From Candidatus Limnocylindria bacterium (GTDB taxonomy: Bacteria; Chloroflexota; Limnocylindria; P2-11E), in contig DATDEH010000021.1 of assembly GCA_036523395.1 (NCBI GenBank), forward strand, positions 2,175 through 66,174: 64,000 nt of DNA, in the 5' to 3' direction. The translations under genes were made by a program, and so were the position numbers. Below, piece by piece: positions 30,184-39,214 of the stretch (position 1 is the first letter of the stretch; each line of letters starts with the position of its first letter). The notes under the pieces were generated by a model. The model saw only the letters and a list, made by a program, of their open reading frames with translations, did not search any database and had not been told where the DNA came from.

Positions 30184-30708
30184 CTAGCCCATGACCCGTG
30201 AAAGCCCGGCCCATGGTTCGATGCCAGGAAGCCCGTTGCTCCCGAGGGCCAGCGAGATCTCCCCGGTGTGAAACGCGTCGTGCGTGATGAGTCGTATGAG
30301 AACGGACTGGCGTGTGTGGATGCGGACCTCGGTCCCGTGCGTCCGCCGAGCCTCCCGGCTCAACGTCTCGGGCGCCCACGTCGCGAGGCAGCTCTCCACG
30401 ATCTTCCAGGTCGACGTGAGAGCACCGACGAGCTCGTCGGCAGATCGCGGGTGCGTGAGGTCATCCTCCCAGCCGAAACCCGTAGGGTCGTTGAACGGCG
30501 TCGTCTCCGCGCCGGGCTCCTTGAACACGTGGCACAACCAGAACACGCGCCCGCCGGCGAGGTGCGACGCGCTCGCCCAGATCGGCCAGGTTGGCGAGCC
30601 GACGGGGAGCGCGAGCTGTTCGGCGGAGAGAGGTGCAAGCGCCTTGACGAGATGGTCGTTGAACAGGCGCCACCCCTCGTAGAAGGGCGCGACGGTGGTG
30701 TTTCGCAT
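30184..30708 (-). CDS. DinB family protein
   Basis: SHLAGGRVFW ... RLITHDAFHTGEI. Confidence 0.8.
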   Translation of the reverse strand: MRNTTVAPFYEGWRLFNDHLVKALAPLSAEQLALPVGSPTWPIWASASHLAGGRVFWLCHVFKEPGAETTPFNDPTGFGWEDDLTHPRSADELVGALTSTWKIVESCLATWAPETLSREARRTHGTEVRIHTRQSVLIRLITHDAFHTGEISLALGSNGLPGIEPWAGLSRVMG

Positions 30709-30807
30709 GAGCGAGAGGCTAGCCAAATCGAGGACGTCCCGTCCCGCTCGCCTTCGCTCGCCTCGGCGCGTGTCTGTACATCGCGCTCGCTCCGCTCGCG
30801 CTGTGCA

Positions 30808-30842
30808 GCTGCTTGTTGCCCGCGAAGCTGGCAGCAAGCAGT
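30808..30842 (-). terminator. Hairpin immediately 3' of tRNA-Glu
   Basis: 13-bp stem GCTGCTTGTTGCC / GGCAGCAAGCAGT with two imperfect positions; no clear U-tract. Confidence 0.4.
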
Positions 30843-30915
30843 AGCCCGTACCGGATTCGAACCGGTGGTCTCTGCCTTGAGAGGGCAGTGTCCTGGGCCG
30901 CTAGACGAACGGGCC
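30842..30915 (-). tRNA. tRNA-Glu (CTC)
   Basis: Acceptor GGCCCGT/ACGGGCT, anticodon arm CTGCC-CTCTCAA-GGCAG, T-loop TTCGAAT; CCA not encoded; TACAAT -10 at 30926-30931. Confidence 0.95.
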
Positions 30916-30963
30916 GGAGGCTTCCATTGTACCGAGCGTGACCTGCAGCGGTCGTCCCGCGCG

Positions 30964-31929
30964 CTGAGCGATCTTGTCGCGCCGGGCATCCGGCGTATCC
31001 CCATTCCCCTCCCCATACGCGGTCTCTCGATCGTCAACGCCTACCTCGTCGAGGCAGCGCACGGCTGGAGCCTCGTTGACGCCGGTCTTCACACCGCTGA
31101 GGCCGAGCACGCGCTCCGAAGCGGACTCGCCGACGCGGGCATCGGCCCCGAAGACGTGCAGCGCGTCTTCGTCACGCACCTCCATCCCGATCACATGGGC
31201 ATGGCCGGCACGCTCGAGCGCGCGGGCGCCGAAGTGCTCATGCACACACCCGAGATCGCCGCGGCTCGGCGCACCTGGTCGAAGGGGCACGAAGCGATCG
31301 ACGCGACGTACGACTGGTTCGTGCGCCACGGCATGCCGCGCGACGTCGACGAGGGCATGCGACAAGCCTGGATCGCGATGGGCGAGCGCGTCGACGATCT
31401 CGAGCACGTCGGCGGCGTCGACGACGGCGAGAGCGTGGATCTCGGCGGCCGCGCGACGCGACTTCGCTGGACACCGGGGCACACCGATTACCACGCGGTG
31501 CTCATCGACGAACGCGATGGCGTGCTATTCGCCGGCGATCACGTGCTTCCACGGATCACGTCGAACATCGGGCTTTACCCATCGTCACGCGACGATCCGC
31601 TCGGCGACTTCCTCGGCGCCCTCACAAGGCTGCGCGACCTGCCGGTGAAGCGCGTCCTACCGGCGCACGGCGATCCGTTCGACGATCTCGCCGGCCGTGT
31701 GGACGAGCTGCTCGCCCATCATGCGACGCGACTCGAAGTGACTGTCGCCGCGGTCGGTACCGCCGAGCGCGACGCCTATGCCATCGCGCGGATCGTATTC
31801 CCTGTTCTGCGCTCGGCGCACGAGGAGCGCTTCGCGCTCGCGGAGACCCTCGCGCACCTACGGCACCTGGATCGGAAGGGTCGCGTGCGCGAGATCGACG
31901 GATCACCCGCGCGCTGGCGAACGACCTAG
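30964..31929 (+). CDS. MBL-fold metallo-hydrolase
   Basis: NAYLV, LVDAG, THLHPDHMG, PGHT, GDHVLP, PAHG; no in-frame ATG/GTG/TTG between the tRNA and the conserved N-terminus, so the start is uncertain. Confidence 0.88.
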   Translation: MSDLVAPGIRRIPIPLPIRGLSIVNAYLVEAAHGWSLVDAGLHTAEAEHALRSGLADAGIGPEDVQRVFVTHLHPDHMGMAGTLERAGAEVLMHTPEIAAARRTWSKGHEAIDATYDWFVRHGMPRDVDEGMRQAWIAMGERVDDLEHVGGVDDGESVDLGGRATRLRWTPGHTDYHAVLIDERDGVLFAGDHVLPRITSNIGLYPSSRDDPLGDFLGALTRLRDLPVKRVLPAHGDPFDDLAGRVDELLAHHATRLEVTVAAVGTAERDAYAIARIVFPVLRSAHEERFALAETLAHLRHLDRKGRVREIDGSPARWRTT

Positions 31930-32537
31930 ATCGGCGAGCGGTACCGCTCGAGCGTGCGCGGATCCTCCCGACCATTCGCTTTGAGATGCCGTTCCAGGAC
32001 GCCTGGCCCCTGCTCCGGGAAGACATTGAGGCACATCGGGTCCATCAGGAGGAACAGCTGTGCGTCGCGGGTGCGTGGGACCACCAACGGACCCGACAAC
32101 GAGTGGGCCTCGACCATGTGTGCGAGAGGCTCGGGTCCGCCGAGCTCTCGCACGATGCGGCCGGCCTCGATCGCGTGGTTGTATCCAGGTATGCCTGCGA
32201 CCGCGCCGTCCTTCTCACTGAACTCGATGACCTTCGCGGCATCGTGCACGTACACGGCGGTGCGGAAGGTGTCGAGATCGAGCTCCTGTTTCCAAAGGTC
32301 GCGGTAGATGGGCACCAGCGCTTCGCTGAGACGCGCCATCGCGATCACGTGCTTCACGAGGTTGCCGTGCGTCGCGATCGGCATCGTGGGGTGCAGAGGG
32401 ATGCGCTCGATGTCGGTCCATGCGGGATTGCGTTCAGAGACGTAGCGCCACACATCGGTCGCGAGCTTGCGCAGTCGCGCCTCACGGATGGACGCGATCG
32501 CCGGAAACACTCGCAGGAGATCGCTATCGGTCAGCAC
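31926..32537 (-). CDS. HD-domain phosphohydrolase
   Basis: LVKHV ... YVHDAAK ... NHAIEA ... VEAHS pattern. Confidence 0.75.
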   Translation of the reverse strand: MLTDSDLLRVFPAIASIREARLRKLATDVWRYVSERNPAWTDIERIPLHPTMPIATHGNLVKHVIAMARLSEALVPIYRDLWKQELDLDTFRTAVYVHDAAKVIEFSEKDGAVAGIPGYNHAIEAGRIVRELGGPEPLAHMVEAHSLSGPLVVPRTRDAQLFLLMDPMCLNVFPEQGPGVLERHLKANGREDPRTLERYRSPI

Positions 32538-32594
32538 ATCGCGCAGAATAGAATCTCATCGCCAAGGTTCGCTTTCAGGCTCGTTCTGGCAAAT

Positions 32595-32665
32595 GCGGGT
32601 GTGGCGTAGTGGCAGCGTGCGACCCCTCCAAGGTTGAGGTGCGGGTTCGATTCCCGCCACCCGCT
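32595..32665 (+). tRNA. tRNA-Gly (TCC) with atypical C33
   Basis: Acceptor GCGGGTG/CACCCGC with U73; T arm GCGGG-TTCGATT-CCCGC; anticodon arm CGACC-CCTCCAA-GGTTG. Confidence 0.9.
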
Positions 32666-32758
32666 CAGGGAACGCCAGGTTGCGTCTTGTGCGTCGGCCC
32701 GGACCGCCCGAAGCGAAGGCCATGGCGGGCCAGGGCACGAGGGCGTTACTTTCCGCGC

Positions 32759-33415
32759 ATGGCGGTCGTGTTCCTGCTGGATCTCGATAACACGCTGATC
32801 GACAACGACGCGGTGCGCGAGAAGCTCACCGAGGGTACGCGTCGTCTCTTGGGAGCCACGCTGGCCGACCGCTTCTGGAAGATCTACGAAGAGGTCCGCG
32901 ACGAATTCAACCATGTCGACTTCCTCGAGACGCTCGATCGCTTTCATCGCACGGCGAATGAGCCCGCAGATCGGCAGCGCCAACTCGACAGAGTGATCCT
33001 CGACTTCCCCTACGCAGAAGCGCGTTACCCCGCGACGATCAATGTGCTCGCCGCGTTGTGGCAGGCCGGCACGCCGGTGGTGCTGTCTGACGGCGACCCG
33101 GTGTTCCAACCGCTGAAGGTCTTTCGCTCCGGCGTCGCCGACGCGGTTCGCGGGAACGTGCTGGTGTTCCCGCATAAGGAGAGCTGTCTCGATGCCGTCG
33201 CGCGCCTCTTTCCCGCCGACAACTACGTGGCGGTGGACGACAAGGCCGCGATCCTCGCTGCGCTGAAGACCCAGTGGAAAGCTCGACTCACCACGGTCCA
33301 CGTGCTGCAAGGCAAGTACGCGGACGATGCTCACAACGGCCCTGCCCCCGACCACGTGATCGGGGGAATCGCGGACCTGACCGAGTTGATCGCTAAGGGC
33401 TATTCGATCGCGTAG
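32759..33415 (+). CDS. HAD family hydrolase
   Basis: Motif I LLDLDNTL, motif II LSDG, motif IV VDDK. Confidence 0.85.
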   Translation: MAVVFLLDLDNTLIDNDAVREKLTEGTRRLLGATLADRFWKIYEEVRDEFNHVDFLETLDRFHRTANEPADRQRQLDRVILDFPYAEARYPATINVLAALWQAGTPVVLSDGDPVFQPLKVFRSGVADAVRGNVLVFPHKESCLDAVARLFPADNYVAVDDKAAILAALKTQWKARLTTVHVLQGKYADDAHNGPAPDHVIGGIADLTELIAKGYSIA

Positions 33416-33669
33416 CTGATCAACTTGAACGTGGTGATCGTCTTCCCGTTCAGCGTCCCATGCGCGCCGTCCGGTTGTTTTGTCGCGAGAAGCGCATCGT
33501 CAGGGGTCGAGAGGAACTCGAACTGGGCGGCAGCCGTCGCATTGCCGATGGCTTGCTTCGAGCTGAGCCCACCACCAGGGTTATAGGAGTAGATCTTCCA
33601 ACCGCTCGAGCTGACGGCGTCGGCCGTCGCTGTAATCCCGCCTTTGGCCCACCCGAGCCTGTCCTGTGG
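33400..33669 (-). pseudogene. Start-less gene remnant
   Basis: Open frame of about 89 codons (RLGWAKGGITATADAVSSSGWKIYSYNP...TFKLISYAIE*) with protein-like composition but no start codon near its 5' end after the upstream TAG. Confidence 0.4.
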
Positions 33670-33717
33670 CTATCCGGTGGCGCAAGCAAGACGGCGCTGG
33701 GTCGGAGGAGCTACAGG

Positions 33718-34839
33718 CTAAGCGGGGATCTTGACCCTTGATCCGATGCCAAGTCGTTCCTGGCGGAAGGGCACCTTCGCACGCCGCCGCAGGTCCGCGA
33801 ACGCTGCGTGTTGCGTCTCGTTCACGAAGGTGAAGGCGACGCCGCGCTTTCCCGCGCGGCCGGTGCGACCGGTGCGGTGCACGAAGGTCTCGGCATCTTC
33901 GGGCAGGTCAAAGTTCACGACGTGACCGATGTCCGCGACGTGGATCCCGCGCGCCGCGAGGTTCGTCGCGACGAGGGTCGGGATGCGGCCGCTGCGGAAC
34001 CCCTCCAGCACACGCTCGCGCTCGTGCTGGCCGACGTTCCCATGCAGCGCGCGCGCCGGGCTGCCGAGGCGCTCGAGCGCCTTTACGAGCTTGTCGGCGC
34101 CGTGCTTTGTGCGCCGGAAGACAAGTGTGCGCACGACATCATCGCGGCGGAGGATCTCGTGGAGCGCGGCGACCTTGTCGGTCTCGCGCACCTGCACCCA
34201 GGCTTGGTCGATCGCGGCAACGATCGGCTCTTCCGGCTTGATCGTCACGCTCACCGGATCCTTGGTGTACTTGCGTGCTACCGCTCGAACGTCGTTCGTG
34301 AGCGTTGCCGAGAAGAGCGCGGTCTGCCGCGGGCCCCTCAGGAGCGCGACGATGCGCGCGATGTCCGGTGCGAAGCCAAGGTCGAGCAGGCGGTCGGCCT
34401 CGTCGAGCACGAGGACCCGGATGCGCGAGAGGTCGAGCGTTCGCCGGGACGCCAGATCGAGGAGACGTCCGGGCGTGCCGACGACGACGTGCGCTCCGCG
34501 ACGCAGGGCGTCTTCCTGCGCGCGGTAACCAACGCCGCCGTACAGGGCGACGACGCGCGCATGACGGAAGCGTCCGAGCACCTCGATCTCGCGGGCGACC
34601 TGCTGGCCGAGTTCCCGCGTCGGTACGACAACGAGGGTGAATGGGGCACCGGCGCGGCCCTCGACGCGCTCGAGGATGGGCAGGGCGAAAGCACCGGTCT
34701 TGCCGGTGCCCGTCTGCGCTTGGGCGAAGAGGTCGCGTCCCGAGCGAAGCGCCGGTATCGCGAGCTCCTGAACGGGCGTGAAGGTGGTCCAGCCGAGCTG
34801 CTTCACAGCGCGGTCGAGATCGGGGGTAAGCGAGATCAA
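33718..34839 (-). CDS. DEAD-box RNA helicase (minimal core)
   Basis: Q motif TPVQ, AQTGTGKT, PTREL, DEAD, SAT, ARGIH, HRTGRTGRAG; TTG start with AAAGGA RBS. Confidence 0.93.
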   Translation of the reverse strand: MISLTPDLDRAVKQLGWTTFTPVQELAIPALRSGRDLFAQAQTGTGKTGAFALPILERVEGRAGAPFTLVVVPTRELGQQVAREIEVLGRFRHARVVALYGGVGYRAQEDALRRGAHVVVGTPGRLLDLASRRTLDLSRIRVLVLDEADRLLDLGFAPDIARIVALLRGPRQTALFSATLTNDVRAVARKYTKDPVSVTIKPEEPIVAAIDQAWVQVRETDKVAALHEILRRDDVVRTLVFRRTKHGADKLVKALERLGSPARALHGNVGQHERERVLEGFRSGRIPTLVATNLAARGIHVADIGHVVNFDLPEDAETFVHRTGRTGRAGKRGVAFTFVNETQHAAFADLRRRAKVPFRQERLGIGSRVKIPA

Positions 34840-34858
34840 CAGTTTTCCTTTGCGGGCA

Positions 34859-34893
34859 ACAAAAAAGCGAGCCGAAATGTGACTCGGCTCGCT
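34859..34893 (-). terminator. Intrinsic terminator in the 5' leader of the helicase (putative attenuator)
   Basis: Stem AGCGAGCCG/CGGCTCGCT running into TTTTTTGTT on the minus strand, about 20 nt before the helicase start. Confidence 0.75.
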
Positions 34894-34950
34894 GTTCACC
34901 GACGCGACCGCCGGCTATTTCTTGAAGGACCCGAGTGATTTTCTCACTTC

Positions 34951-34959
34951 AGCGTAACA
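34951..34959 (-). promoter_or_regulatory. Candidate extended -10 promoter (TG-n-TACGCT)
   Basis: TGTTACGCT on the minus strand just after the stop of the upstream small gene. Confidence 0.45.
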
Positions 34960-34970
34960 CAGCGCTCGAG

Positions 34971-35138
34971 CTAGCGCCCATTCGACGCCTTGGTCTCTCC
35001 CTTCGCCGACCGAGTCTTGTTCACCGTCGCGGCAGCGATCCGCTTGGCGGTCACGGTCGAGCGACCACGCTCTCGCTCGTTCTCTTTGATGTGCTCGTAC
35101 TGACGCTCGCGCTTCGCTGTCCAAGCCTTCTGCGGCAT
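34971..35138 (-). CDS. Small conserved basic protein (MPQKAW..KRERQYEHIK family)
   Basis: GGAGG RBS, 55 aa; resembles a widespread small stress-associated family. Confidence 0.75.
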   Translation of the reverse strand: MPQKAWTAKRERQYEHIKENERERGRSTVTAKRIAAATVNKTRSAKGETKASNGR

Positions 35139-35207
35139 GTGAACACCTCCTGTTCGGATGTCGCCGCTGCATGACGCGTGCTCGCCGCTCATTTAGAGTC
35201 ATCACAG

Positions 35208-36332
35208 ATGCACGTCAGTCGCTCGTACACACGGTCACTCGCCCTCCTCCTCGCGAGCACAGTGATCGTCGCCGCCTGTGGCGCCCCGAAGACGATCGAG
35301 TTCTCGCCCTCGCCGGCCGCATCGACGGTACGCGCGAGCGCGACGCCGAAGGCGACCCTCGATCCCGCGGCGGCTTGTGAGGAGTGCTGGCCGCTCAGCG
35401 GCCTGCCAGCCGCGAGTGGCGCGGCGACGAACCGGAGGCCCCTGCTGATCAAGATCGACAACGCGCCCGCCGCGCGGCCCCATTACGCCATCACACAGGC
35501 GGACTTGGTGTTCGAGATCATCGTCGAGGGCGGCGTCACGCGGCTTGCGGCGATCTTCCAGACGCAGGACCCGGCAACGATCGGCGGCGTCCGCTCGGCG
35601 CGGCTCGTCGATCGCTCGCTGACACCGATGGTCCGTGGCGCGCTCGTGTACTCGGGGACATCCGCGTACGCCTGGTCGCTCATCAGCAAAGACGCCGACC
35701 AGGGCAAGTACATCGAGCTCTCGGCCGATCATGCGCAGGGCTACTTCCGCGTGAACTTCCGGGCCGCTCCGTACAACCTGTTCACCAGCGCCGCGAACCA
35801 ACGACAGAACCTGAAGCAGCTCGGCAAAGAGACGGCGAACGACATCCCGAAGTGGGCATTCCTCGTGTCGCAGGATCATCCGGCCACGCTCGCCGGCATG
35901 AGCGGCGGCGTACCCGCGACGGAGATCGCCATCCCCTATCGCGCGGATACCTCTGCGGTGAGCTACCAGTACGACGCTGCGACCAAGACCTACGCGCGAT
36001 TCCAGAACGCCGCCGGACGGCCCGCCCGCGATGTCGATGCCCTCACGAACAAGCCCGTGTCGGCGACGGACGTGGTGATCATCCAGACCGAGATCTGGGA
36101 CGTGCCGGACATCGTCGACGCCGCGGGCGCGCTCTCGAACGACATGCGTATGACGGGCACCGGGCCCGCCACGGTCTTCCGCGACGGACTTCGCCAGGAC
36201 GGCACGTGGTCGCGCAAGGACGACCTCTCACCGTTCGTGTTCAGGAACGCGGCTGGCGAGCAGATCCTTCTGTCTCCCGGACAGCCGTGGATCCATGTCA
36301 TCCCGCTCGACATGAAGGTCAGCTCGCAGTAA
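35208..36332 (+). CDS. DUF3048 domain lipoprotein
   Basis: Lipobox VAAC; IKIDNAPAARPH...ADLVFEIIVEGGVTRL...VRSAR. Confidence 0.88.
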   Translation: MHVSRSYTRSLALLLASTVIVAACGAPKTIEFSPSPAASTVRASATPKATLDPAAACEECWPLSGLPAASGAATNRRPLLIKIDNAPAARPHYAITQADLVFEIIVEGGVTRLAAIFQTQDPATIGGVRSARLVDRSLTPMVRGALVYSGTSAYAWSLISKDADQGKYIELSADHAQGYFRVNFRAAPYNLFTSAANQRQNLKQLGKETANDIPKWAFLVSQDHPATLAGMSGGVPATEIAIPYRADTSAVSYQYDAATKTYARFQNAAGRPARDVDALTNKPVSATDVVIIQTEIWDVPDIVDAAGALSNDMRMTGTGPATVFRDGLRQDGTWSRKDDLSPFVFRNAAGEQILLSPGQPWIHVIPLDMKVSSQ

Positions 36333-36352
36333 CAGCGACGTAATCTCGACCG

Positions 36353-38224
36353 GTGATCTTCTACCGCGACCATCGAAGCGAGCGCCCCGAGATCCCACCG
36401 GAGCGACGCCAGCTGCGCCGGGTGCCGCGCGTTCTCGCGTCATCGTTCCGCCTGGTCTGGGAGGCTGCGCCACGCCGGTTCGTCGTGAGCCTCGCGCCAC
36501 AGGCCGTGAGCGCGGTCATCGTCGGCGCCCAGCTCGTCATCACACGGGATCTCATCGCAGCCGTCCTCGCGACCGGAAGCGGCGGCGACGTCGGCCGTGT
36601 CGGGCAGCTCTTGGTCGCGACGATCGGGCTGTCGCTCCTTGGCAGTGCCGCCAACCTGATGCAGAACCAGCAGCAATCGCTGCTGTCCGCGATCGTCGAG
36701 CGGCACACGAATTCGGTCCTGCTCGACCGCATCATCGCGATCGACCTGAAACGCTTCGAGACCCCGGAGTTCCAGGACCTGCTCCGGCGCGCGATGAACG
36801 CGATGGGTCGGATGATGGGCGTGACCGGCGCGGCGATCGGGCTCGTGCGGGGTGTCGCACTCATCGTCGGCGTCGCGGCCGCGCTGTACGTGCTCCAGCC
36901 AGTGCTCCTTCTCATCGCGGTCATCGGCTTCGTCCCGATGTGGCTCGCGAGCATGGCGACGAGCCGCACGATGTATAGGTTCTTCCGCTCGATGACGCCG
37001 AACGAGCGTCAACGCAGCTATGTATTCAACCTCTTCACCCAGCGCGAGTACGCGAAGGAGATCCGCGCGTTCGGCCTGGCCGGCTATCTCCGCGCCCTCT
37101 ACGAGCGCCTCTCGAACGAGCGCCTCGAGGAGCTGGGCAAGAATCTGCGCAAGCGCGCGCGTTATCAGGCGCTGAGCAGCGGCGCCTCGGCGGCGGTCAG
37201 CGCGCTCACGTATGGCGCGCTCGCGTACCTCGTGATCGACCATCGGATCGGCGTGGCGGAGGCCGGCGCGGCGGTGGTCGCGAGCCAGCAGCTGAACGGC
37301 CAGCTCAACGGGATCGTCCAGAACATGTCGCAGCTGTACGAGGCCAGCCTGTTCCTCGAGGACTGGGAGGAATTCTCCGCGCTCGCACCGGCGCTCCAGC
37401 TCGCCACCCCAGGTCCCGGGACGCCGTTCGAGCGCATCGAGCTCGAACACGTGACGTTCACTTATCCGCGCACGAGTCCGAAGGACCCGGCGCCGGCACG
37501 CGCGGCGCTGTCCGACGTGTCGCTGGACATACGGAAGGGAGAGGTCATCGCGCTCGTCGGAGAGAACGGCTCCGGAAAGACGACGCTTGCGAAGGTGCTC
37601 TGCGGTCTATACCCGCCCGACGCCGGCCGCATCCTCTGGGACGGCGTCGACGCGTCGACGCGCGAGTCGGGCTGGATCTTCGACCGCGTGGCCGTGCTCT
37701 TCCAGGACTTCGCGCGCTTCATGCTGACCGCGCGCGAGAACATCGGGCTAGGCCGCGTCGAGCGGATCGGTGACGCCGACGCGGTCATCCGTGCCGCGGA
37801 GCGCGCCGGCGCGACATCGTTCATCAACGAATGGCCGGAGCGCTACGACACGATCCTCGGCCCGGTCTTCATGGGCGGCAAGGAGATCTCGATCGGTCAG
37901 TGGCAGCGTGTCGCGCTCGCCCGCGCGTTCTTCCGCGACGCGCCGCTCGTCGTGCTCGACGAGCCCACGGCCGCGCTCGACGCGCGCGCCGAGCACGACC
38001 TCTTCACCCGCATCCGCGACCTGTTCGCGGGCAGGTCCGTCCTCCTCATCTCGCATCGCTTCTCGAGCGTCCGCTCGGCGGACCGCATCTACGTGCTGCA
38101 CGAAGGACAGATCGTCGAGCACGGAACGCACGACGAGCTCATGCAGCTCGACGGCCGCTACGCGGAGCTCTTCACGATGCAGGCCTCCGCGTACTTCCCG
38201 GAGCTGCTGAAGACGCGCGCCTAG
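36353..38224 (+). CDS. Fused ABC exporter (TMD plus NBD)
   Basis: GENGSGKTT, ISIGQWQRVALARAF, LDEPTAALD. Confidence 0.92.
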   Translation: MIFYRDHRSERPEIPPERRQLRRVPRVLASSFRLVWEAAPRRFVVSLAPQAVSAVIVGAQLVITRDLIAAVLATGSGGDVGRVGQLLVATIGLSLLGSAANLMQNQQQSLLSAIVERHTNSVLLDRIIAIDLKRFETPEFQDLLRRAMNAMGRMMGVTGAAIGLVRGVALIVGVAAALYVLQPVLLLIAVIGFVPMWLASMATSRTMYRFFRSMTPNERQRSYVFNLFTQREYAKEIRAFGLAGYLRALYERLSNERLEELGKNLRKRARYQALSSGASAAVSALTYGALAYLVIDHRIGVAEAGAAVVASQQLNGQLNGIVQNMSQLYEASLFLEDWEEFSALAPALQLATPGPGTPFERIELEHVTFTYPRTSPKDPAPARAALSDVSLDIRKGEVIALVGENGSGKTTLAKVLCGLYPPDAGRILWDGVDASTRESGWIFDRVAVLFQDFARFMLTARENIGLGRVERIGDADAVIRAAERAGATSFINEWPERYDTILGPVFMGGKEISIGQWQRVALARAFFRDAPLVVLDEPTAALDARAEHDLFTRIRDLFAGRSVLLISHRFSSVRSADRIYVLHEGQIVEHGTHDELMQLDGRYAELFTMQASAYFPELLKTRA

Positions 38225-39165
38225 GGCGGCGGACCGATCGCTGCGCTGTTGATCGCGTGTATCCGCCAGCGGCCGGATTCGAGCCCGAGATCGAAGAAGC
38301 GCGTCGGCCGAGTGCCCCACGCGCCGCCCGGGTCCGATGCGAAGGTCCACGACGCCTGGATGACCGGACGCCCGCCCGTGACCGAGACCTGTTTCATCTC
38401 GTTGAGGGTCGCCGCCGGCAGGTCGCCCCACATCGTCCCGACGCCCACGCTGGCCTCACCGATGTATTCGTTTGCGAAGCAGTCGAGCGCGGCATCGGGT
38501 TGGTGCTGCCCAATAAGCGCCATCAGCGTGCGCACCGTGTCCTCCGGCGCGCCACCCAGTTTCGCGCACGTGCCCTCATTCACTCTCGTGTAGGTGTTCG
38601 CGGGTGCCGGCTGGCCAGTCGGATCGAGCGACCACGCGACGTGCAAGAGATCGTCACCGGTGAAGGTGTCCGACGTGATAGATAGGACACGGCCGCCCTC
38701 GCTCCAACGAACGCGACGCGTTGCCGGTGTCGCCGCATCGTTCCACAGCGAGGTCGGAAAAGTGAGCGTGGCCGGCACCCCGCGCACACGCATGCCGTAG
38801 CCCGAGCCGTTGACCTCGGGCAACTGTCCGAGCGCGAGGACGATCTCCTTGTTGCCTGCGAGGAACGCGACGATGTAGCGCGGATCGGCCGAATCCGCAG
38901 AGAGATCGCGGATCTCCACGTGGTCGCGATCGAGCGCCGCGGGCAACCACCTGGGCATCGCGACAGGCGTCCCTGGTGGAAGGGCCGCGCGGACCGCCGC
39001 CCACACCTGCGCCTCGCTCATCACACGCACCGCCATCGTGCTTGCCGATGATGGCGACGGCGTCGGCGTCGCACTGAGGGACGGCGCCGTCGCGGCGGAC
39101 GGTGCCGGGCTGCACGACGCGAGCAGGAGGAGCAATACGACGACTCCACGCGTCACAGTGAACAT
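38221..39165 (-). CDS. Hypothetical two-domain lipoprotein
   Basis: Lipobox LASC followed by a Pro/Ser linker; no recognised family. Confidence 0.7.
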   Translation of the reverse strand: MFTVTRGVVVLLLLLASCSPAPSAATAPSLSATPTPSPSSASTMAVRVMSEAQVWAAVRAALPPGTPVAMPRWLPAALDRDHVEIRDLSADSADPRYIVAFLAGNKEIVLALGQLPEVNGSGYGMRVRGVPATLTFPTSLWNDAATPATRRVRWSEGGRVLSITSDTFTGDDLLHVAWSLDPTGQPAPANTYTRVNEGTCAKLGGAPEDTVRTLMALIGQHQPDAALDCFANEYIGEASVGVGTMWGDLPAATLNEMKQVSVTGGRPVIQASWTFASDPGGAWGTRPTRFFDLGLESGRWRIHAINSAAIGPPP

Positions 39166-39214
39166 GGTGAACTCAGCGGCGGCCCCGGTCATCCGACATC
39201 GACGCGCGTAACTG

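Noticed and set aside
27300-30915. Integrative element at tRNA-Glu (also considered at tRNA-Gly and tRNA-Gln)
   Set aside because: No integrase or transposase, and no duplicated tRNA 3' end spotted by eye; a computational repeat search would be needed to exclude it fully.
30268-30963. Long N-terminal extension of the MBL ORF shown in the track
   Set aside because: It runs antisense across the DinB gene and tRNA-Glu; artefact of the furthest-start rule.
32595-32665. Reading the tRNA as Trp(CCA) or Glu(CTC) by shifting the loop register
   Set aside because: Shifted registers destroy the anticodon stem; acceptor identity elements are those of Gly.
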